NCBI GenBank assembly: GCA_902791935.1
Contig: CADAXQ010000002.1
Location: 35,738-99,737, forward strand
DNA from: an uncultured Erysipelotrichaceae bacterium
GTDB taxonomy: Bacteria > Bacillota_I > Bacilli_A > RFN20 > CAG-826
Reading direction: 5' to 3'
Length of the DNA: 64,000 nt
A program made the position numbers and the translations under genes. Below, one piece after another: positions 38,210 to 48,192 of the stretch. The notes beneath the pieces are model-generated. The model did not search any database. It saw only the letters and a program-made list of their open reading frames with translations, and had not been told where the DNA came from. Within the stretch, counting starts at the first letter, position 1. Every line of letters starts with the position of its first letter.

Positions 38210-40133
38210 AAGTTCCGTACTTCCCTTCTTTAAAGGCGGCCGCAACAATGTCGCGTAAGACCGGTGTTACATCTTCGGAAATCATACTCGCCGAATAAGA
38301 AAGCTTATCCATGACGTAAGACAACGTCACAAAACGAACTTCCGAAAGGCTGGTATCGTAGGTCACTGAATAAGTCGAATAATATGAGTTATTGAGCCAA
38401 GTGGCCAGCCTGCTGGGTGACGTAGAGGCCACGATATTTGTGTTATCGAACGGTAACGCCGCCATTAAATCACCATAGGTAATGTCGCCCGCCGGTAACG
38501 TTTGTCTAACGGCTCCAGTGTTGATGATAGCAGCTACAAACGGACGGGTGTCAGAGGAATCGTCACGGTAATATTCGTAAAAAGCACGGGCGGCAAATTG
38601 CGCCAAATCGTTTTTTCCAATCGAGGTTTCTGAATGATAAACGACTTCTTTCGAAATGCTGGCCACTTTCGCTTCATAATGGAGAGCCATGCGGTCTGTT
38701 AAAGGATCGTCGTTTTTCTTTGAAATGGTATCAAATGGGATGTCTTCGAAATCTTGATAAACCAATTTCTTCTCGCTTTCAAAATAAGTGAACGTGAGTT
38801 TACGAATATCGGATCCATTCGCGTAGGTTTGCACATGCGGAACGCCATTCTTGTCGACAAATCCGTAAGATTGATGGGTATGTCCTTCTAAAACGGCATC
38901 AATCCCAGGCCATAACGTCGCCGAATATGCCGTCTTGGAAGAGGAATAGTGAAGCGACAATAATACCAAATTACAGCCTTCTTCTTTGCGGAGACGGTTG
39001 GATTCCGTTTCAACGAGGCTAGTGATATTTGACCACAAGAATGAGTAGCCACCCCTAGACGCGGAGGCAATCGATCTTTCGACCGGGCCAATCGCGCCGA
39101 TGACGCCAATGCGATAAGGGCCACGTTCAATGACTTTGGAAGGCTTGGCCCAAGAAGGACGATTTCCAGCCGTATCGACAATGTTGATGCCTAAGAAAGG
39201 AAAATTCGCTTGCGTGGCATTCGCCGCAATTGTATCGACTTTCCAATCAAATTCATGGTTTCCAATGGCCATGGATTCAAAACCGATTAAGTTCATCCAA
39301 TCTACCATGTAACGACCTTTGGTGAGATTACTTTCTGCGCCACCTTGCCACATGTCGCCACTGGAAAGCACGATACTGCTGTCAGGGTAATATCGCTCTT
39401 CTTCCCATAAATAAGAAGACAGTTTGCGGATTCCCGATTGATATTTCCCGTCTCCCGAAGCATAAGAAGCCGCTCCATGGGTATCGTTTATGGTATAGAT
39501 TTCGATTTTATTGACGGACTCGTAATCACTTCTACTATCGCCGAAAGTCAAAGTAATAGAGCTGATGGAATAAGCAGTAAGGGGCGCATAGATGCTGATA
39601 TAGGAGCCATGGGTGCGGCATAAAAATGTCTCGTTACTTTCTAACGCATAAGCCCCGTTTGCAGGAGAGGTAATCGGATAGGTACTGCATTTCGTTAATA
39701 AGGAACCATAATCGCCATTTTCTTGGAACGCGACGGTCACAGAAAGAATGTCTTTTGCAAAAGGAACAGAATTGGTTAGATAGCCACCGTGCGATAACGT
39801 CAAGAAGGTATCTTCCGAATGAGTTGCATTTTGGAAGCGGAATGCATAGCCATCCCCTTCAAAGCCATTATCCTGCCATTTTAATGTCACAGAGTTATCT
39901 AGAATCAATTGATCGCCATTAAAACTCCCCGGTTCAGGCAAGGAAGAACTGGAATAATGGCTTGTCTCTTGAGAGGATGAACTGCCATTAACGTTGGAGG
40001 AACTGGCGTCGGCACTAGAACGAGATGAATCGACGGGCAGAGAAGAATTTTGTGATGAAGTCTTTTGGCTGAAAAAGCAAGAAGACAAGAAAAGCACAGA
40101 AGCAAAGCTCAAGATGTGAGAAGAGATTTTCAT
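38199..40133 (-). CDS. Lipoprotein 5'-nucleotidase/metallophosphoesterase with extra N-terminal domain
   Basis: Lipobox LSSC, Ser-rich linker, NDTHG, GDMWQG, GNHEFD, GHTH, N.GAVR, LPFDN. Start uncertain. Confidence 0.88.
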   Translation of the reverse strand: MKISSHILSFASVLFLSSCFFSQKTSSQNSSLPVDSSRSSADASSSNVNGSSSSQETSHYSSSSLPEPGSFNGDQLILDNSVTLKWQDNGFEGDGYAFRFQNATHSEDTFLTLSHGGYLTNSVPFAKDILSVTVAFQENGDYGSLLTKCSTYPITSPANGAYALESNETFLCRTHGSYISIYAPLTAYSISSITLTFGDSRSDYESVNKIEIYTINDTHGAASYASGDGKYQSGIRKLSSYLWEEERYYPDSSIVLSSGDMWQGGAESNLTKGRYMVDWMNLIGFESMAIGNHEFDWKVDTIAANATQANFPFLGINIVDTAGNRPSWAKPSKVIERGPYRIGVIGAIGPVERSIASASRGGYSFLWSNITSLVETESNRLRKEEGCNLVLLSLHYSSSKTAYSATLWPGIDAVLEGHTHQSYGFVDKNGVPHVQTYANGSDIRKLTFTYFESEKKLVYQDFEDIPFDTISKKNDDPLTDRMALHYEAKVASISKEVVYHSETSIGKNDLAQFAARAFYEYYRDDSSDTRPFVAAIINTGAVRQTLPAGDITYGDLMAALPFDNTNIVASTSPSRLATWLNNSYYSTYSVTYDTSLSEVRFVTLSYVMDKLSYSASMISEDVTPVLRDIVAAAFKEGKYGTYGA

Positions 40134-40153
40134 TAGATTTGGTGCTTTCATGC

Positions 40154-41962
40154 TTAAAATATGGCGGATGTATGCAGTTTTGCTACTTCGCAATAGGTGT
40201 CTTGCAACGCACGATTCACTTGGCTAAGCCGCTCGGGATTCATCTTGGCGACTTCACGGTCATACGTTAACAAACCGTTGGTTTCTTGTTCCACGTCCGT
40301 CAACTGGGTGAAGACAGCAACGGATAAATGGGCGGTCTTAATGGCTGGAAGAATCTGTTTTTGATATAACGCAATCACAGCGTCTTCCCATTTCGTTTGA
40401 GAGGAGAATCGTTTATAGCCAAAGTTTTTCTTGGACCAACGATGGCCATCAAGCGGTAAAGAATAGCCGCCAAATTCGCTTAATGACAAGATTCGATCTA
40501 TCACCGGCTTTAAACGAATGGCGCGGAAATAAATGTGACGGGAAACGAAGTCCCCTGCTCCTTTGTCGTACCATCCTGAAGTAGCATCGATAAAACGGGT
40601 GGAATCTAATGCCCGCAATTTCTTTGTGTTTTCCACGGCGTCGAATTGACCCCATCCTTCATTGAACAATGTCCAAGACACGATAGAAGGAATCGAGCTT
40701 AAAGCTGTGATCGTTCCTTCTAATTCCAAACCAAATTGTTTTCGTGACGCCGCATCGCCACGTCCTAATCTTTTAGTATTATGGTCTCTTACTTTCAAAG
40801 ATAAAACTGGGGCAACCGCGATTAAGAATGGCCGATAAGGCGCACCGCCATTGACGATATCTTGCATGACATAAATGCCAAGACGATCGCATAAGGCGTA
40901 CCAGCGACGTGGCTCAATCTTGATGTGTTTCCGTACAGCATTAAAACCACAGGAAAGCAAATAATGGAGGTCAAATTCCATGGCCTCGATAGAAGGTGGC
41001 GTTAATCCCGATTCTGGCCAATAGCCCTGATCTAGCGGAGCCGAAAGGAAACAAGGTTCATGATTGATGAACAAGAAACGCGAGCCGTTATCTTTCACAG
41101 ACTCAAGCTTTCGGAACGCATTTTGAGAACGAACGACATCGCCATGGTCTTTTAGGATAAGCGAATAAAGATGGGGGTCTTCGTGAGACCAAGGATGAAA
41201 ATCACTATCTTGTAGTTTCACTTCGGCATGGCCGTGTTCGTCGAAATTCGCTTTCCCGACGAGGGTTTCGTTATCATAAACTTCAACCGAAGCACCACTA
41301 GAATCGCCAGCAAATTGGGCATCCACAAAGAAAATATGCCGATCATAGTCACCAAAAATTTTGGCGTGATCAATAAAATTCACGCTGGGCAAATATTCTA
41401 AATAAACTTCTTGCCAAATCCCGCTGGTTGGGGTGTACCAAATCCCCTTTGGATGGTTCGATTGCTTCCCTCTTGCGTAAATCGGGCTTGCGGTATCGTC
41501 TTTTACCACGACTTCTAATACGAAATGAGATTGGATTTTATCAATATAAATCGTAAATGGAAGATAGCCCCCTTGATGGGTTCCAAAGAGTTCCCCATTC
41601 ACGTAAACCTCAGCTTCTTGGTCAACCGCCATGAAACGAAGTAAGGCTGGCTTACCGACAAATTCAGGCGGGACATCTACCTCTTTTCGATAATGAAGGC
41701 GGTCTTTCGCGGTCACAAAACGACGGATACCGCTTGCCTCGGTTTCAGGAGCAAACGGAACGAGTATCTTTTCCGGGTATTCTTGAGGAAGCGCCTCGCT
41801 ATGGGTAATTACAAAATCCCATTCCCCATCCAAATTTTGGTAATGATCGCGCTGCCAATATGGATCAGGATGACCCGCTAACGGACAAGTTTTATCCACG
41901 TTTGACCAAAAAGAACTCTTCACGTTTTTATTATGGCATTTCGTCCGATGCTTGAAAAGCAT
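40154..41962 (-). CDS. Glycoside hydrolase family 2 (beta-galactosidase-like)
   Basis: NLDGEWDF, HQGGYLPF, RGKQ, SGIWQ, LDQGYWPE, RKHIK, FNEGWGQ (acid/base) and SEFGG (nucleophile). Confidence 0.92.
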   Translation of the reverse strand: MLFKHRTKCHNKNVKSSFWSNVDKTCPLAGHPDPYWQRDHYQNLDGEWDFVITHSEALPQEYPEKILVPFAPETEASGIRRFVTAKDRLHYRKEVDVPPEFVGKPALLRFMAVDQEAEVYVNGELFGTHQGGYLPFTIYIDKIQSHFVLEVVVKDDTASPIYARGKQSNHPKGIWYTPTSGIWQEVYLEYLPSVNFIDHAKIFGDYDRHIFFVDAQFAGDSSGASVEVYDNETLVGKANFDEHGHAEVKLQDSDFHPWSHEDPHLYSLILKDHGDVVRSQNAFRKLESVKDNGSRFLFINHEPCFLSAPLDQGYWPESGLTPPSIEAMEFDLHYLLSCGFNAVRKHIKIEPRRWYALCDRLGIYVMQDIVNGGAPYRPFLIAVAPVLSLKVRDHNTKRLGRGDAASRKQFGLELEGTITALSSIPSIVSWTLFNEGWGQFDAVENTKKLRALDSTRFIDATSGWYDKGAGDFVSRHIYFRAIRLKPVIDRILSLSEFGGYSLPLDGHRWSKKNFGYKRFSSQTKWEDAVIALYQKQILPAIKTAHLSVAVFTQLTDVEQETNGLLTYDREVAKMNPERLSQVNRALQDTYCEVAKLHTSAIF

Positions 41963-42011
41963 CACCCCAGGGCTCTTATGTTACAATCTTAAACGTAAAG
42001 AAGGTACATGT

Positions 42012-43196
42012 ATGGACCGTTTTGCCATCATTCAAGAAGAGTTATCCAAGCAGCAAGTCGATGCCTGGATTTTGGTAGATTACGAAAATCGTAATCCCAC
42101 CATGGTTTCGTTTTTAGGAGATAAGATGCTCACAAGAAAGATCTTTATGGTCTTTCCAAAAGGGGCAAAACCATATCTCATTTGTCACGTCATCGATACG
42201 GTTTTCTTAAAAGATTCAGAAACCTTGTCCCATTTTGATTTGAAGGTTTATCACACTTGGCAAGAAATGTTGGCTTTAGAGCAACAGAATTTCTGTTCTT
42301 ATCACCGCGTTTACATGGATATGTCTGAAAATGGCTTATTGCCCCGCGTCTCCTTAGCCGACTATGGCAGCATAGCTTATGTGAAGTCCCTAGGCATTGA
42401 AGTTCTCTCCTCTGGCAATCTCCTACAAATCTTCCAAGCCCAATATGGAGAGAAATCCCATGCACTTCAACTAAAAGCCGATGCGCTTGCCTTAAAAATC
42501 AAAGATGAGGCGTTTGCCCAAATCAAAGCTGACATTGAGCATAACGGCGTATCCGATGAATATCGCATTCAACAATTCATCGCGAGACGTTTTCACGAAG
42601 AAGGTATGGTTTATGATGACCCGCCGATTGTGGCCATCAATCACAATGCCTCCAATCCGCATTATGGCCCAACGGATAAAGTATCCAGCCCCATTCACGT
42701 CGGAGACGTTGTGTTAATCGATATGTGGGCAAAAATGGATGATCCACTTGCCGTCTATGCCGACATTACCTGGATGGGTTATGTCGGAAAGAAAGTTCCC
42801 GTTTTTGTCGAAGAACGGTTCCAAATTTTGAAAAACGCCATCGATCATGCAGTGCAATTCCTAGAAGAAAACCTACCCGTTCGTGAAGTGCAAGGCTATG
42901 AAGTTGATGCTTTAGTCCGGAAAGAAATTACAGACAAAGGTTATGGCGAATACTTTACGCACCGCACCGGTCATAATATTGCTGTCGATGTCTCGCCACA
43001 TGGACCAGGCGCCAATATCGATGACTACGAATCGCATGATACCCGTGCCTTAATCAATGGGACTTCCTTCTCTTTGGAACCCGGCATTTACGCGCCAGAT
43101 TTCGGGATGAGAAGCGAAACGAATGTCTATGTGGAAAATCGCCATCCCGTTGTGGTTGCCGGAAGGCAACAAGAAGTCATCGCGATTCTAAAATAA
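42012..43196 (+). CDS. M24 Xaa-Pro aminopeptidase family
   Basis: PHY, IDMW, YADIT, HRTGH, EPGIY, RSE metal ligands. Confidence 0.92.
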   Translation: MDRFAIIQEELSKQQVDAWILVDYENRNPTMVSFLGDKMLTRKIFMVFPKGAKPYLICHVIDTVFLKDSETLSHFDLKVYHTWQEMLALEQQNFCSYHRVYMDMSENGLLPRVSLADYGSIAYVKSLGIEVLSSGNLLQIFQAQYGEKSHALQLKADALALKIKDEAFAQIKADIEHNGVSDEYRIQQFIARRFHEEGMVYDDPPIVAINHNASNPHYGPTDKVSSPIHVGDVVLIDMWAKMDDPLAVYADITWMGYVGKKVPVFVEERFQILKNAIDHAVQFLEENLPVREVQGYEVDALVRKEITDKGYGEYFTHRTGHNIAVDVSPHGPGANIDDYESHDTRALINGTSFSLEPGIYAPDFGMRSETNVYVENRHPVVVAGRQQEVIAILK

Positions 43197-43229
43197 TCGA
43201 AAAATCACTCGCAAAACCCCTTTAAAAAG

Positions 43230-43261
43230 AAAAAGCCGATCCTTCAATGGGTCGGCTTTTT
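43230..43261. terminator. Bidirectional terminator
   Basis: AAAAAGCCGATCC...GGGTCGGCTTTTT between convergent genes. Confidence 0.85.
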
Positions 43262-43271
43262 GCACGTGAAT

Positions 43272-44687
43272 TTAGTCCGCTTTTGACTGGATATATTGGT
43301 CAATGGCTTCAGCGGCATTTTTGCCTGCGCCCATTGCCAAGATCACGGTCGCTGCACCAGTGACTGCATCACCGCCGGCATAAACACCGGTCTTCGAAGT
43401 TTCACCACTTTCGTCTTTTGTGATGATGCAACCATGTGGGTTGGTATCAAGACCTTTCGTGGTGTTCTTGATTAATGGGTTCGGCGACGTACCGATGGCT
43501 TGAATGACCACATCGACATCCATGGTGTATTCACTGCCAGGGATGGCCACAGGACGACGACGGCCAGAGGCATCGGGTTCACCGAGTTCCATCTTGATGC
43601 AACGGATGCCCGTCACGTTCAAGTTCTCGTCACCCAAGATTTCCGTTGGGTTCGTTAAGATATGGAAATCGACTCCTTCTTCCATCGCGTGATGGACTTC
43701 TTCTTTACGCGCTGGGATTTCTTCTAACGAACGGCGATAGATGATGTAGACTTTTTCAGCGCCTAAACGAAGGGCGCAACGGCAAGCATCCATCGCGACG
43801 TTGCCACCGCCGATGACCGCCACCCGTTTGCCGTGCACAATCGGAGTATCCGCATCATCTTTATAAGCTTTCATTAAATTGATGCGAGTTAAGAATTCAT
43901 TCGCGGAAAGTACGCCTTTTAGGTTCTCTCCGGGAATGCCCATGAAGCGCGGAAGACCAGCACCAGTGCCGATAAACACAGCTTCATAACCATCATCTTC
44001 CATGAGTTCGTCAATGGAATAAACTTTGCCGATTACCATGTTCGTACGGATTTCAACGCCCATCTTTTCTAAGTTATGGACTTCATTTTGCACGATGGAT
44101 TTCGGAAGACGGAATTCGGGGATGCCATAGCTTAAGACACCGCCGGCAAGATGTAACGCTTCAAAGACCGTGACTTCATAGCCTTTTTTCGCCAAATCAC
44201 CGGCGCAGGTTAAACCCGAAGGGCCAGAACCAACGACGGCCACTTTATGTCCGTTTGGTTTTGGCTTTTCAAACGAAACCAATTGATTTTCTCTCGCGTA
44301 GTCGGCAACGAAACGTTCCAAACGTCCGATGGCGACGGGTTCAGCACCGGGGCGAAGACCACGAGTGCAATATTTTTCGCATTGCGATTCTTGGGGGCAA
44401 ACCCGTCCGCAGATGCTAGAAAGAGAGGAGGATTGCAACAACACGTCGTTCGCGCCTTTAAGATCCCCATCCCGAACTTTCATGATGAAATCGGGAATAT
44501 GAATGTGAACGGGGCAGCCATTGACACAGGGTTGTTTTGGACAATGTAAGCAACGCGCCGCCTCGTCTTGCGCCATGGCTAAATCATAGCCAAGCGCGAC
44601 TTCTTTGAAGTTATGCGCACGAACCTTTGGGTCTTGCGACGGCATCGGGTTCTTGTCTAAACGCATGTTGAATTTTGTGGCGACCAT
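43272..44687 (-). CDS. nfnB: NfnB/SudA (GltD-like) large subunit of bifurcating NADH-dependent ferredoxin:NADP oxidoreductase
   Basis: RCLHC..C..GCP, CGRVCPQESQCE, GSGPSG, YGIPEFRLPK, GGGNVAMD, GGDAVTGAATV. Confidence 0.88.
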   Translation of the reverse strand: MVATKFNMRLDKNPMPSQDPKVRAHNFKEVALGYDLAMAQDEAARCLHCPKQPCVNGCPVHIHIPDFIMKVRDGDLKGANDVLLQSSSLSSICGRVCPQESQCEKYCTRGLRPGAEPVAIGRLERFVADYARENQLVSFEKPKPNGHKVAVVGSGPSGLTCAGDLAKKGYEVTVFEALHLAGGVLSYGIPEFRLPKSIVQNEVHNLEKMGVEIRTNMVIGKVYSIDELMEDDGYEAVFIGTGAGLPRFMGIPGENLKGVLSANEFLTRINLMKAYKDDADTPIVHGKRVAVIGGGNVAMDACRCALRLGAEKVYIIYRRSLEEIPARKEEVHHAMEEGVDFHILTNPTEILGDENLNVTGIRCIKMELGEPDASGRRRPVAIPGSEYTMDVDVVIQAIGTSPNPLIKNTTKGLDTNPHGCIITKDESGETSKTGVYAGGDAVTGAATVILAMGAGKNAAEAIDQYIQSKAD

Positions 44688-44688
44688 C

Positions 44689-45531
44689 TTATTTGACCTC
44701 CTTTTGGAAGAGATTGCAGGTTTCTTCGTATTTATGTTTTTCCCAATCGCGGTAGATACCATTCCGTTTTTGCGCTTCATCGAAGTCGACTTCGAATCCG
44801 TCAAAGTCAGGGCCATCAACGCAGGCAAACTTTGTCTTGCCGCCAACGGTTAAACGGCAACCGCCACACATCCCCGTACCATCAATCATAATCGGGTTCA
44901 TCGAAACGACGGTTTTGATGTTATATTGCTTCGTTAACTTCACAACGAATTTCATCATAACGATTGGGCCAATCGCGATGACCTCATCATAAACGTTACC
45001 TTGATCAATCAATTCTTGTAATGCTTGGGTCACTAAGCCTTTTTCGCCATAAGAGCCATCATCCGTCATAATCTTTAATAAATCAGAGCAGGCGCGGAAT
45101 TCCGGTTCCAAGATGACCAAGTCTTTGTTTCGGAAGCCGACGATAGAGTGCACCACTGCACCATTTTCATGTAGCTTTTGCGCAACGGGCATGGCAATGG
45201 CCGTACCCGCACCGCCACCAATGACGCAGACTTTCTTTAAGCCGTCTAACTCAGAGGGTCTTCCTAAGGGGCCCACGAAGTCTTGAATGAATTCGCCCGC
45301 TTCTTTCTTTCCTAATTTAAAGGTAGTCGCACCGACAATCTGGAAAATGATTTTGACGGTGCCAGCCTCACGGTCTTCACCCGCGATGGTCAAAGGGATA
45401 CGCTCCCCATCTTCATCGACACGCAAAATGATGAATTCGCCAGGTTGTGCTTTCCGGGCGATTTCCGGTGCATCAATGTTCATCTCAATCATGGTCGGAT
45501 TGAGCACGCGTTTCGAAACGATCTTGTACAT
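44689..45531 (-). CDS. nfnA: NfnA/SudB small subunit (FNR-like, 2Fe-2S)
   Basis: GERIPLTI, GPLG, TDDGSYG, DGTGMCGGCR, FACVDGPDFDG. Confidence 0.9.
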   Translation of the reverse strand: MYKIVSKRVLNPTMIEMNIDAPEIARKAQPGEFIILRVDEDGERIPLTIAGEDREAGTVKIIFQIVGATTFKLGKKEAGEFIQDFVGPLGRPSELDGLKKVCVIGGGAGTAIAMPVAQKLHENGAVVHSIVGFRNKDLVILEPEFRACSDLLKIMTDDGSYGEKGLVTQALQELIDQGNVYDEVIAIGPIVMMKFVVKLTKQYNIKTVVSMNPIMIDGTGMCGGCRLTVGGKTKFACVDGPDFDGFEVDFDEAQKRNGIYRDWEKHKYEETCNLFQKEVK

Positions 45532-45542
45532 TTGGATCCTCC

Positions 45543-46319
45543 TTAATAGCCAAGTGTTTTGCGTAACCGTGGGACAAAGACATCGTCTTCTTTGCCATAG
45601 CACACGGCTTTTTTAGTTCCATAAGCAATCGTAAAAACAGGGTCTGCTTCCTGTTGGAAGGTAATGTTGTCTTGTAATAATGTCGCTGGTCGATGGTTCT
45701 TTTCTTGGAACGTTAACGTCCGTTTTCCATCGAGTACGACAGGGGAGCCAATCGGTTGATAGGCTTTAGAACGGATGGCCGCAATTTCGGTTAATTCCAT
45801 GGCGGGCAGCTGTGTGTCCAAAATGGCACCAAAAATGCTGCGATTATACCCCATCGAACCGGTGGTAGTAGAAATGACAAGGCCCATGCCAAAATAATGT
45901 TCGAGGAATTGCCCATCGAGCAAAACTTCATATTCGACATTCTTCAATAAGCCAGAAATGATGAATTCATTAATCGCGTAATGCGTCTCTTTGGCGCCTT
46001 TTAAAGCCAATAAAGGGAACGATTTTGTTTTTAATGTCCCTGCTTTCACGCCTTCTAATGCCGTATCCGCTTCATCCATTGAGAATTCGTTGTAGTATCC
46101 GATACGGCCTGTGTTAAAGCACAAGAAACGAATGTTCTCAATTTGAGACATGTAGTGATGTAGAGCGGCCAAAAACGTGCCATCGCCGCCGATGACAATC
46201 ACAAGTTCAGGATGCACACTATCTTTAGAAAAGAATGGGTCTTCCGCTAACTTTTTGGTGATGGAATCCCCTGCTTCTTCGGAAAAGGAATCGTTCCGTT
46301 TAATCAAGCAGTACCGCAT
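45543..46319 (-). CDS. nadK: NAD kinase (divergent)
   Basis: GGDGTFL, NTGRIGY, AINE, ST.TGS..YN.S. Confidence 0.85.
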   Translation of the reverse strand: MRYCLIKRNDSFSEEAGDSITKKLAEDPFFSKDSVHPELVIVIGGDGTFLAALHHYMSQIENIRFLCFNTGRIGYYNEFSMDEADTALEGVKAGTLKTKSFPLLALKGAKETHYAINEFIISGLLKNVEYEVLLDGQFLEHYFGMGLVISTTTGSMGYNRSIFGAILDTQLPAMELTEIAAIRSKAYQPIGSPVVLDGKRTLTFQEKNHRPATLLQDNITFQQEADPVFTIAYGTKKAVCYGKEDDVFVPRLRKTLGY

Positions 46320-46381
46320 ATCGGGAATAGTTTACCAAATAGTAATTTATGAAGAAAGATAGAACTGATTCTTTTTTCAAG

Positions 46382-46411
46382 AAAAAGGGGGATGCAATCT
46401 TGCATCCCCTC
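46382..46411 (-). terminator. Terminator after fprA
   Basis: GGGGATGCAA-TC-TTGCATCCCC with a T-run on the minus strand. Confidence 0.8.
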
Positions 46412-46427
46412 TGTTTGAAAAACGAAA

Positions 46428-47621
46428 TTACTTCAGCGTCTCGTAATAAGCAGCCAATTCATTCTTGCCTTCTTCGTCCAAGGCGAATGGATAACGGAAG
46501 CCTGGAATGACTTTGAAATGTAACTGTGTCAAGCGGTCGGAAAGGTTTTTAACGGCTTCCCCACTCCAGCCATAGTCACCGAATGCGGAGGCTTTTTTGC
46601 CTTGGCCGATTGTCCAGGTGATGTGGGATAACAATTCGTAGAAAAGCGAGATGGCATCACCGACCAAGGTTGGCGAGCCAAGAAGCAACATGCCCGAAGT
46701 ACGGATGTCATCTAAGATGGCGTTCCGTTCTTTTTCATAATTGATGGCATCGATTTCGTAGAACGAAACTTTCTTGCCGTCTTGAAGGAGACGATCGCGC
46801 AAATATTCAGCCATCGTGCGGGTATAGCCATAAGCGCTTGCATAAACTATGGTGACATGATTGGAATCATTGACTGGCAAGAACTTCTTTGCTCGTTCCC
46901 GATAGATTTGAATTTGTTTTTGAACGTCTTGATCGATGACGGGACCATGTCCTGGGCAAATCATGTCTAAGTCTAATTTCTCAACCCGATCGCAGGCTGG
47001 GACAATAAAGTTAGCGAATGGCGCCATGATATGGTCGAAATAATAGTCCACTGCTTCGTAGTAGCCTTTTTGATCTGGCTCTTTGGAAAGTAACATCGCG
47101 TCTGAAGCAAAGTGGCCACCGAACGCGTCACAAGAAATCAATACTTTAAGTTCCGGAATATATGTGAACATCACGTCTGGCCAATGAAGCATTAAGCCGG
47201 AGACGAATTGGAACGTATAGCCGCCGAAAGAGAATGGTTTGGCCGGATTCATCACCATCTGTTTGAAAGGACGACGCAAAATGTGCGTTAAATTGGTTAA
47301 CGCCGGTGTAGAAGCAACAATCGTGATATTCGGATTCAAATCCAGCAAGCGTGCGATTGAGCCAGAATGATCCGGCTCCGTGTGCGTTACAAACAAATAT
47401 TTGATGTCTTGCGCAGAAGAAACTGCTTGGAGGTGTTCCAAATAAGTATCCACAAAAGGAGCTTTTACGGTCTCCCAAACGACGGTTCCTTCTGACGTCT
47501 TTAATAAATAGGAATTATAGGAAGTTCCTTCCTCCGTCAAAACCGCAACGTCGAACACCTTCAAAGCGTGGTCGACATAGCCGATGGAATAAAAATTTTT
47601 CTTTAGCTCTAAAACATTCAT
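46428..47621 (-). CDS. fprA: FprA-type flavodiiron protein (O2/NO reductase)
   Basis: GTSYNSYL, HTEPDHSGS, HWPD, CDAFG, PGHGP, and flavodoxin YASAYGYT...GSPT...FGDYGWSGEA. Confidence 0.93.
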   Translation of the reverse strand: MNVLELKKNFYSIGYVDHALKVFDVAVLTEEGTSYNSYLLKTSEGTVVWETVKAPFVDTYLEHLQAVSSAQDIKYLFVTHTEPDHSGSIARLLDLNPNITIVASTPALTNLTHILRRPFKQMVMNPAKPFSFGGYTFQFVSGLMLHWPDVMFTYIPELKVLISCDAFGGHFASDAMLLSKEPDQKGYYEAVDYYFDHIMAPFANFIVPACDRVEKLDLDMICPGHGPVIDQDVQKQIQIYRERAKKFLPVNDSNHVTIVYASAYGYTRTMAEYLRDRLLQDGKKVSFYEIDAINYEKERNAILDDIRTSGMLLLGSPTLVGDAISLFYELLSHITWTIGQGKKASAFGDYGWSGEAVKNLSDRLTQLHFKVIPGFRYPFALDEEGKNELAAYYETLK

Positions 47622-47653
47622 AGCGGATTCCCTTTCCACGGGAATTATATTAC

Positions 47654-47691
47654 AAAAAAGAAAAGGGGCGCGAAAAGCATCACGCCCCCTT
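47654..47691 (-). terminator. Terminator after hsp20
   Basis: GGGGCG...CGCCCC stem with long T-run on the minus strand. Confidence 0.75.
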
Positions 47692-47706
47692 CAGCACCCA
47701 CACGCT

Positions 47707-48138
47707 TTATTGAATGCTGATCAAGTGTTCTGCCGGTTTCTCTTCTTTTTCTTTCGGAAGCGTCACCTTCAAAACACCATTTTCGAATTTTGCCGTAATG
47801 GCATGTTCGTCCACGTCGCCGACGTAATAGGAACGAGTGCTGACCCCAGAGAAGCGTTCACGATGGATATATCTGGTGTGATCGTTGCTGTTGGCATCGT
47901 TCTTGCTTTCGGCTTTCGCTTGAATGGTGAGATAACCGTCATTCAGCGAAACATGGATGTCGTTTTTATCAATGCCAGGAAGTTCGACCTCTAGCGTGTA
48001 AGAATGGTCATCTTCCTTGATGTCGGTCTTCATTTGCAAACCACGCTCATAGCGTTTCTCGCTGTAAGTGAGCGGTGCGAAGAAGTCGAAGAATGGATCG
48101 TAGTCGTTGTTGCGATAGTTTTGCATTTCATTTTTCAT
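47707..48138 (-). CDS. Hsp20/alpha-crystallin small heat shock protein
   Basis: MKTDIKE, ELPGIDKNDI, RER, RSYYVG, AKFENGVLKVTLPK. SD AGGAGG. Confidence 0.95.
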   Translation of the reverse strand: MKNEMQNYRNNDYDPFFDFFAPLTYSEKRYERGLQMKTDIKEDDHSYTLEVELPGIDKNDIHVSLNDGYLTIQAKAESKNDANSNDHTRYIHRERFSGVSTRSYYVGDVDEHAITAKFENGVLKVTLPKEKEEKPAEHLISIQ

Positions 48139-48161
48139 AAGGTTTAACCTCCTGTTTTTCA

Positions 48162-48188
48162 TTAGCACTCTTTTCTCTCAAGTGCTAA
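48162..48188. promoter_or_regulatory. CIRCE element 1 (HrcA operator)
   Basis: TTAGCACTC-N9-AAGTGCTAA, 1 mismatch to consensus. Confidence 0.92.
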
Positions 48189-48192
48189 ATCT

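Noticed and set aside
43272-44687. Glutamate synthase small subunit (gltD/gltA annotation)
   Set aside because: No gltB in the window, and pairing with a SudB/NfnA-type gene favours NfnAB
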